NCBI GenBank assembly: GCA_041946735.1
Contig: JBHGAY010000026.1
Span: forward strand, 1 to 64,000
Reading direction: 5' to 3'
Source of the DNA: Candidatus Eiseniibacteriota bacterium
GTDB taxonomy: Bacteria > Eisenbacteria > RBG-16-71-46 > CAIMUX01 > VGJL01
DNA length: 64,000 nucleotides
The first letter of the stretch is position 1. The number at the start of each line of letters is the position of its first letter. Below, piece after piece: positions 57,137-64,000 of this stretch. Made by a program: the position numbers and the translations under genes. Under the pieces are notes generated by a model that was not told the origin of the DNA, searched no databases, and saw only the letters and a program-made list of their open reading frames with translations.

Positions 57137-58036
57137 ATGGCAGAGGAGCGGGCGGTCCGCAACCGGGACACGTGGGACAAGGTCGGGGTGGTCTTGCGGT
57201 CGCTCGGCGGTTTCACGACGGCGGCCGCGATCACCCTCCTCGGGTTCATCACGTCGAACGCCTTGAGCCGCCGCCAGGCGGCCGACACGAACACTCGCCT
57301 CTATACGGAGCTCATGAGCCGGCGGGAAGAGTCGGAGAGCGCGCTACGCAAGGACATGTGCGTCTCGATCATCAACTCCTTCCTCAATCCCCGCGAAACG
57401 GGGCTCGGCCCCCAGGTGCTCAATCTGGAGCTCCTTGCCTACAACTTCCACGAGTCGCTGAACCTCAAGCCGCTGTTTGCCGAGATGCGCCGCCGCGTGG
57501 TGGCCGCTCGGGATGCCGCTACGACGGAGAAGGAGCGCGAGGAGAACGAAGCCTACCTCGGCCGGCTGGAAAGCATGGCCCGGGAGATCGTCCGGCGCCA
57601 GCTGATCGTCCTCGAGGGCGTCGGAAAGCGTTTCGATCGGACGATCGATCTGACGGGCGATCCGATCGGGACGAGCCTGCAGCCGGAAACGTTGGCGCTC
57701 GGGAGCGACTCGACGACCTTCACGATCGACGTGCTCGACGTCGACCTGGAGACGCGCGAGGTCCGGATCGGACTGAACATCGAGACTCCCGACCCGACGC
57801 TGGGCAGGCAGACGAAGGTCGCCAGCTTCTGGATCAGCTACTTCGACTTCCCGATGATCGACAACACGCGGCTGGAGGGAGGACAGCGATGCTCGGTCGT
57901 GCTGAACGCGATGTCCGAGCAGTCGGCCGACCTGACCCTCGTCCTCTTCCCCGGGACGTACGCGAGCCTCAAGGACAAGCCGTACTACAACGAAGTGATC
58001 GAGAGCATCATCGTGGCGAACAAGCGGCTGAAGTGA
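57137..58036 (+). CDS. Membrane-anchored hypothetical protein
   Basis: RDTWDK, then TM, helical region and beta-rich C-terminal half; 7 nt after the previous gene; GC3-rich codons. Confidence 0.8.
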   Translation: MAEERAVRNRDTWDKVGVVLRSLGGFTTAAAITLLGFITSNALSRRQAADTNTRLYTELMSRREESESALRKDMCVSIINSFLNPRETGLGPQVLNLELLAYNFHESLNLKPLFAEMRRRVVAARDAATTEKEREENEAYLGRLESMAREIVRRQLIVLEGVGKRFDRTIDLTGDPIGTSLQPETLALGSDSTTFTIDVLDVDLETREVRIGLNIETPDPTLGRQTKVASFWISYFDFPMIDNTRLEGGQRCSVVLNAMSEQSADLTLVLFPGTYASLKDKPYYNEVIESIIVANKRLK

Positions 58037-58099
58037 GGCGCCGGAGGAACGCGGCCCACGGGTCCTCGCGTTCCTCCGGCCGGCGTCGACCATCCGGAC

Positions 58100-58633
58100 C
58101 TACGACGTCTCGTAGCGATCGCGCAGCACGTCGAGATGATGGCGTTCGTGGCCGCCGATCACCCACGCGATCGCCCGCACGCTGATCCGGACCTCGTTCG
58201 CGGTTCCCGAGCGGATCAGGCTCTCCTCGTCCAAGCTCTCCAGCAGCGCGATCGTGGAGGCGCGAACTCCGGCGTATTCGGCTCGCAGATTCGCCACGCT
58301 GCGACTCTCGAAGCCTCCGGCGACCACGTAAGCGTCCTGATCGAATCCCGCGAGCGCCGCGGAGTCGCCGCGGGCGAACCGGAGCAAGCGGTAGGCAAAG
58401 ATGCGCTCGCAGTCGACGACGTGCCCGAGCACCTCCATCACACTCCACTTGCCCGGCGCGTACCGGTGCGCGGCCCGGGCCTGGTCCAGCCGGGCCAGCA
58501 GCGAGCCGGTCTCTTCCGCCTGGCGCCGCAGGTGATCCATCAGCTCGCCGCTCGGGAGCGCGGCGAGATAGGTCGCGTAGTGCGAAGGCACTTCTTCCGA
58601 TGCCGGTCGTGTGATCGTCGTTGTTGCGGGCAC
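58100..58633 (-). CDS. DinB/YfiT family protein
   Basis: RYAPGKWSVMEVLGHVVDCER, GFDQD, GHERHH. Confidence 0.9.
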   Translation of the reverse strand: MPATTTITRPASEEVPSHYATYLAALPSGELMDHLRRQAEETGSLLARLDQARAAHRYAPGKWSVMEVLGHVVDCERIFAYRLLRFARGDSAALAGFDQDAYVVAGGFESRSVANLRAEYAGVRASTIALLESLDEESLIRSGTANEVRISVRAIAWVIGGHERHHLDVLRDRYETS

Positions 58634-58890
58634 CTATTCCCTCCTCTCGGTCCATCGATGCGCTCACGCGCTCATGCTCCAGGCGATCCATCACTTTCTC
58701 GCGCCGAGCGAGCGCGAGAAGCTTCCGGAACGTGGAAACGTACGGGATGGCGTCCCCCCGGCGCAACGCCTCGGACGGAGCCCACTCACGCCGTCCCGCA
58801 TTCGCTGCCTCCTCCGCCGGACGTGACTTGGGTCATTGCCGTGACCGTCCGATCCGGACAACAGTCGTCTACGAGCTGAAGGAGGCCATC

Positions 58891-60831
58891 GTGTTGCGCA
58901 CTGCCCGTCGCCCCGTCCTCGCCGCTACCCTCGTCGTCATCGCAATGGCCGGCAGCGTGCTTTCGGCCGGGCCTTCCGCCGGCGTTTCGAACACACTCGA
59001 ACTCCGCGCAAGACGCATCATCGAGCGCCATCGCGCTCGAGCCGAGTTCCCCGGCGCCGTCTTGACCGTCCACGAGCCATCGCGACCCGCCTGGACGATT
59101 ACCGGCGGCGTCGCGAAGGTCGGTCCCGGCGCTTCACCGATCGATCCGGCCACCCCATGGATCATCGGGAGCACTACGAAGACCTTCGTCGCAGTGGTCG
59201 TGCTGCAGCTCGCGCAGGAGGGGATCCTGAACCTGGACGGCACGATCGAACGATTCCTGCCAGACATTCCCGGCGCCTCGCGCATCACCGTACGACAGCT
59301 CCTGCAACACACCAGCGGCCTCAACGAATACCTCCACACCGAAGCGGTGGACCGTGACGCGCGTCGTGCGTGGAGCGCGGAGGAGCTGATCGGGGTCGCC
59401 GTCCGACGCGGCCCGGTCGCCCAGCCGGGAGCGGGCTTCCACTACGCGAACACGAACTACCTGGCGCTCGGCCGGATCATCGAGGAGGTCACCTCCCGTC
59501 CGTGGTATTCCGAGGTGCGTAGCCGGATCCTGGACCCGCTCGGCATGCGGCGAACGGGCTATGCGGGGGAGCCTTCGGCACCGCCGATCGGAACCGGGTA
59601 CGTGGTCGAAGGAGGCAAGTTCCTCGAAGCCACGGATCTTTGGGACCCGTCGGTCGGCGGCGCTGCAGGTGGAATGTACTCTACGACCGAGGACCTGATG
59701 GCCTTCACCCTGGCGCTCTTCGGCGGCAGTCTGCTCGACGCGAAGCGTATGGCCGAAATGCAGACTTTCGTTCCCGGTGATGACTACGGCTACATCGAGC
59801 ACGCCTACGGACTCGGGCTGGAGCGATACACCGTGAACGGACTGACCGTACTCGGCCACATGGGAACCGGCAGCGCGCACAGCTCCTTCATCGGCTACGA
59901 CCCGGCCGGTGGAACGGCCGTCACGGTTCTGATCAATGCCGCCAACCCTGGACCGGCCGCGCTGGTCGGTGCCGAGGTGCTCGCCGCATCGATCGGCCGG
60001 GACATCTCGCCGCCGCCCATGCCGTCGATGTCCGCCGGCTTCCGCCTGTTCCCCTTCCGGACCCTCCGCCGTGTGGAAAGCGGCGAGCGGATCGGCGAGC
60101 TTCGCGTCGTAGCCCAGCAAGCGAACCTCTCCTATCCGGTCGTGGCCAACCAGGGACGCACCCGCCTCGACCTTTCGATCTCCTACGAGCGTCTGCAATT
60201 CGATTACCGCGACACGAGCCATCCGTTGAAAAGCGCGCACGCGATCACGCTCCTGGCGCTCCTGCGCCAACGGCTCACGGATGACTGGGGCCTCATCCTC
60301 GCGACCGCTCCAGGCTACGCCGACGACTTCTCCGGCCCGGCTTCGATGGATGCCGTGACGTCGACGCTGATCGCCGCCGGCACTCATCGCCTCCGCGAGG
60401 ATCTCGAGGTTGGGCTCGGTGTGGCGATGCAGAACGTTTTTGGCGAGCCATTGCCGATGCCGGTCGCCTCCGTCGACTGGACGATCTCCGACCAGCTATG
60501 GCTGAAGACCATCCTGCCGATGAGCGCCGAGCTGACATGGTTGCCGGTCGACCGGCTCGGGCTGCGCGCCTCCGTCGCCGTCAGCGGAAACAACTATCAC
60601 GGGGCCGAAAACGTCTATCACGTGAACAACCCGCAGCTGAACTACTCCGCTGTGGTGGCCGACCTCGGCGCACGTTGGTTCCTTCTGCCGTTCCTGCACG
60701 TTACGGCTCACGGAGGCTACACCCTCTACCGGCGCTTCGAGTTCTCGCAAGGTCGCGACCCGGTGCCGGGGGGCGAGTACGAACCGAGCAACGGAATGGT
60801 CTTCGGCCTCGATCTGGGGATCGGCGACTGA
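58891..60831 (+). CDS. Beta-lactamase-family serine hydrolase fused to an outer-membrane beta-barrel (DUF6268-like)
   Basis: GTG start after AAGGAGG; signal peptide; SxxK (GSTTK), LLQHTSG, YxN (YANTN), HMG; Pro linker, then amphipathic beta strands. Confidence 0.8.
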   Translation: MLRTARRPVLAATLVVIAMAGSVLSAGPSAGVSNTLELRARRIIERHRARAEFPGAVLTVHEPSRPAWTITGGVAKVGPGASPIDPATPWIIGSTTKTFVAVVVLQLAQEGILNLDGTIERFLPDIPGASRITVRQLLQHTSGLNEYLHTEAVDRDARRAWSAEELIGVAVRRGPVAQPGAGFHYANTNYLALGRIIEEVTSRPWYSEVRSRILDPLGMRRTGYAGEPSAPPIGTGYVVEGGKFLEATDLWDPSVGGAAGGMYSTTEDLMAFTLALFGGSLLDAKRMAEMQTFVPGDDYGYIEHAYGLGLERYTVNGLTVLGHMGTGSAHSSFIGYDPAGGTAVTVLINAANPGPAALVGAEVLAASIGRDISPPPMPSMSAGFRLFPFRTLRRVESGERIGELRVVAQQANLSYPVVANQGRTRLDLSISYERLQFDYRDTSHPLKSAHAITLLALLRQRLTDDWGLILATAPGYADDFSGPASMDAVTSTLIAAGTHRLREDLEVGLGVAMQNVFGEPLPMPVASVDWTISDQLWLKTILPMSAELTWLPVDRLGLRASVAVSGNNYHGAENVYHVNNPQLNYSAVVADLGARWFLLPFLHVTAHGGYTLYRRFEFSQGRDPVPGGEYEPSNGMVFGLDLGIGD

Positions 60832-60882
60832 GATCTCGCTGACGGGACTGCGGGCGGGTACCGCGACGCGGCCGCAGCGGCG

Positions 60883-63189
60883 CTATCCGTTTGGGAGCTT
60901 CACGATCCTCGCCGTCCGGGACTCCCGGCCTTCGATCTCGACCCGGAGCCAATAGACGCCGGCCGGCGCGGCGCGCCCATCGCGATCCCGCCGGCCGTCC
61001 CAGCGAAGCACGTAGGTGCTGCCCGACTCGAACGCTCCATCGGCCAACCGCGCGACGGGACGACCCGTGACGTCCAGAACTCTCACCCGGACGGCGACGG
61101 CCGCGCCGTTCGGAAGCGCCGAATCGAGCTGGAGCTCGAGGCGCGTTTGATCCCGCATGGGGTTCGGAGCCACGCGGACCGCGGGAGCCGGATTCCACGC
61201 GAGCCGCGCGCCCGCGCCGTTGGCGGGACATTGCGGCGGAAAGACTCGCAGATTCTCACCCGCGACGAGCACGAACTCGTCGCCCGCGACCATGTCGCGC
61301 GGCCAGGAGTATTCCTGTGTCTCGGTGCCGCCGAGAGCCACCGGATGGACCGGATCCCGAATGTCGAAGACCAACATCCTGTCGCCGGCAAGGTAGCCGT
61401 AGTCCCCCTGGACGACGATTCCCATGATGCTGTCCAGGTTCTCGATGCCGTCGATCCGCCCCACCGCTACGGGGAGCGCGGGATTGGTGATGTCGATGAT
61501 CTCCACACCATCCCAGTCGACCACGAAAGCGTGTTGGCCGGAGACGGCCAGCGCTCTGCCCGCCTCCGTTGCGAGGCCGCCGACGCGGACAGGAGTCGCG
61601 GGATTCGTGACGTCCACCACCTCGAAGCCGTAGCCGCCGAGCAGGTACAGGTGGGCTCCCTGAAGCGCGATCGCATCCCCGTCGATCGTCAGATGGCCGC
61701 GCGTCACTGGAGAGGATGGATTCGAGATGTCGATCGTCCACATCCCGCTCCAGCCGATCGTATAGAGCCAGGATCCGCTGGCGATCATGTCGACGACGCT
61801 CGATGCCTGCGGCACGGAGCCGATGATCTGCGGGGCTTGCGGGTTGGAGACGTTGACGACGCTGAGGGCACGCATCGAGTAGCCGACGTACGCCACGTTC
61901 CCCTGCACTTCGACCGCCTCGCCACGCGACGGCGTCCCGACGCTGCCCGCGAGGTGCGGATGCCTCGGGTCGGAAAGGTCCACGACGCGCAACGCTGGCG
62001 AGGAGTCGGTCAGGTAGGCGAAATCCGCCTGGGCGTCGACCGAGTAGATGTCGCTGGAGGAGGAGAAGGCGCCCAAAGCCTTGGCGCGGACGTCTCCGGG
62101 CGCGACGGCAAAGTGCAGTCCTCCGGTCGAGCGATGCTCGCAAAAGTAGACGATCCCATCAGCGATGCACGGGCCGAACGCCTGGAACTCGAGCCGCTCC
62201 ATGTGGACGAGGAACGGATCGCCCGCATGGCTCACATCGACGACGTACAGGCCGCCGCGGTGGTACCACGAGTCCGCCGCCGACGCGTAGAGAGCGCCTT
62301 CACGGATCGCGATGCCATGGACCGGGTGTTCGAGGTCCTCCAACGAGCCGGCGGGGCGCGGGTGCAGCGGGTCGCTCACGTCGATGCGATCGATGAAACC
62401 ATCTTCACCGCCATACCGGGGCCCTCCGCCGAGGAAGGCACGGGCGCCCGACACGGCGACGGTGAAGGCCTTGCTCGCCGACCACATGGTGTTGCGCACG
62501 ACCGGATCGGCCGGCTCGGACACATCCACGACGGAGAGAGCGGATCCGCCGCTGCCCCACGCGTCCCAGACCACGAACGCGAAGTCGCCGGAAAGCGCAA
62601 GCGACTTGGCGGGCCCGGCCAACGGAGCGGTCCCGATTCTCCTTGGGGAATCGGGATCGGCCAGGTCATAGACATCGAGACCCGCAGCGGTCGCCGCATA
62701 CAGGAGTCCCGGAGCAGCGCCGACGTCGCGGATCCCCTCGCCATACAGTGTCGTGCGCAGCACGGGAACGGACGGATTGGACAGATCGACGACATGCAGC
62801 TCGCCGCCTGACGCGCCCACGTAGGCCCTGTCCGCGAGAACGGCGAGCGTGACCGGCCCGCCTTCGAGCGCGATCCCAGCGATCCGGTTCGGCGTCCCAC
62901 CTTCTTGACCGACCGTCGAGACGTCGAAGACGTCCAACCTGCCGGTGCAGCCCGCGCTCACGACGCCCGAGACCACGTACGCCAGGCTGCCGTCGACCGC
63001 CACGTCGTTGCCTTGATCCGGGAGGTCGCAGGCGCCAAGAAACCGGAACGTCCCCGCGTAGTCAGCGCACTGAGCCCGGACCAGACCAGGGACCGTGACC
63101 GCCAGGCACACCAGCAGCGGAAGGAAGGCGCTGCCGAGCGGAGCCGCGACACGACATCGAGCGGCACGCGAGAGACGCTTGGCGGACAT
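60883..63189 (-). CDS. Secreted LVIVD-repeat (beta-propeller) protein with FlgD-Ig C-terminal domain
   Basis: Many LxVVDVSxPxxP repeats; signal peptide; tail WDGRRDRDGRAAPAGVYW. Confidence 0.9.
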   Translation of the reverse strand: MSAKRLSRAARCRVAAPLGSAFLPLLVCLAVTVPGLVRAQCADYAGTFRFLGACDLPDQGNDVAVDGSLAYVVSGVVSAGCTGRLDVFDVSTVGQEGGTPNRIAGIALEGGPVTLAVLADRAYVGASGGELHVVDLSNPSVPVLRTTLYGEGIRDVGAAPGLLYAATAAGLDVYDLADPDSPRRIGTAPLAGPAKSLALSGDFAFVVWDAWGSGGSALSVVDVSEPADPVVRNTMWSASKAFTVAVSGARAFLGGGPRYGGEDGFIDRIDVSDPLHPRPAGSLEDLEHPVHGIAIREGALYASAADSWYHRGGLYVVDVSHAGDPFLVHMERLEFQAFGPCIADGIVYFCEHRSTGGLHFAVAPGDVRAKALGAFSSSSDIYSVDAQADFAYLTDSSPALRVVDLSDPRHPHLAGSVGTPSRGEAVEVQGNVAYVGYSMRALSVVNVSNPQAPQIIGSVPQASSVVDMIASGSWLYTIGWSGMWTIDISNPSSPVTRGHLTIDGDAIALQGAHLYLLGGYGFEVVDVTNPATPVRVGGLATEAGRALAVSGQHAFVVDWDGVEIIDITNPALPVAVGRIDGIENLDSIMGIVVQGDYGYLAGDRMLVFDIRDPVHPVALGGTETQEYSWPRDMVAGDEFVLVAGENLRVFPPQCPANGAGARLAWNPAPAVRVAPNPMRDQTRLELQLDSALPNGAAVAVRVRVLDVTGRPVARLADGAFESGSTYVLRWDGRRDRDGRAAPAGVYWLRVEIEGRESRTARIVKLPNG

Positions 63190-63638
63190 GACACACCTCC
63201 GATTCGCTGAGCCGGTGATCCCGGGCCTCGATGGTGCATACGGGTGCGCCGGTCATTTTACAGCAAGCGGGTGCTCGGGCGGAGATGCCGAAGCGCTCGA
63301 GGCGAAGCGCCCGGCCATGCGACCGTGCGGCTGTTGCGCGGATGAGATTCGCACCGGGCGCCGGTTTGCGGATGCTCGCGCCGCACGCAAGGCCTCGCCA
63401 AGCAGAACATGGTTCGCACGGCCGGCTCCCCGCGGCTCTTCCTCGTGGCTATTCGCGGCTCTTCCTGACTGCTCTTCCTGGTCTGGCCGAGCGCATCAGC
63501 GTAAGATGTCCGCGAGGAAATGTCGTGCGATGCTTCGGCGCCGGGTGGTGGCCGGCCCCGGCACGTTCGGGCGGCGAGCGCGGCGGCCGGTGGGTGTGTC
63601 CGTACCGCGCCGCGCAGGAGAAGACGAGGGCCAGGGCG

Positions 63639-64000
63639 ATGAGAACGGTGCTGCTTCTGCTGATTGGGCTTCTTGCCGTCTTCCCCACTGAAGGCCGCGC
63701 GCAGGTTCCGGATCACCCCCGGTTGATCGTCGTGAATCAGAATCTCCACGCGCTCACCCATCCATCGGGGCCCTGGCAGACATGGACGGAACGCCAGCGC
63801 GCCTCCGTCCTCGCCTATCGCTCCATCATTCTTGCGGCCGAGGAGATCTGTCGATCCCCGATCGGAGGTCCCGAATGGAGGGATCTCTTCGTCACGATGC
63901 AGACGAACTTCTACCACAACATCAAGACGCTCGCGATGGCGCACCTCCTGCGCCGGGGGGAGCCGTACGGCGGCGCCTATCTCGACTACGCGTGCGCGAC
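63639..64000 (+). CDS. Secreted protein, truncated by the window edge; possibly heparinase II/III-like
   Basis: Translated by hand, absent from the ORF track: MRTVLLLLIGLLAVFPTEGRA/QVPDHPRLIV..., open to the end of the window. Confidence 0.7.
   Translation, partial: MRTVLLLLIGLLAVFPTEGRAQVPDHPRLIVVNQNLHALTHPSGPWQTWTERQRASVLAYRSIILAAEEICRSPIGGPEWRDLFVTMQTNFYHNIKTLAMAHLLRRGEPYGGAYLDYACA

Overview
High-GC (about 70% by eye) bacterial chromosomal window with no rRNA, tRNA, IS, integrase or CRISPR array recognised. The many Sec-exported proteins ending in an FlgD-Ig/T9SS-like tail, plus one ending in TWGxIK, suggest an FCB-group candidate lineage such as Ca. Eisenbacteria (inference only). Left to right: a 43-bp tandem repeat array cut by the window edge; a type IV pilus operon (pilB, pilC, pilA, pilV/W/X-like, fused pilMN, pilO, pilP-like, pilD) with no secretin or PilT; a sterol desaturase; a cNMP-domain histidine kinase coupled to a receiver/TrxB-like flavoprotein lacking CxxC; several secreted proteins; patatin; a small alarmone synthetase; blc; xth; a PurF lacking Cys1; DUF885; a hybrid PAS kinase; sbcDC; a 14-repeat FG-GAP protein; a YciB-Nudix fusion; two unusual subtilases; a divergent four-gene DUF6754-type membrane operon; a Ser/Thr kinase-TPR protein; a choice-of-anchor L protein; DUF4126; DinB; a beta-lactamase-family hydrolase fused to an outer-membrane barrel; an LVIVD protein; and a truncated secreted protein. 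The best candidate for an undescribed system is the ATPase-less four-gene membrane operon (47808-51363) next to the two secreted proteases. Family names come from recognising motifs by eye, not from database searches, and several start codons are best guesses.
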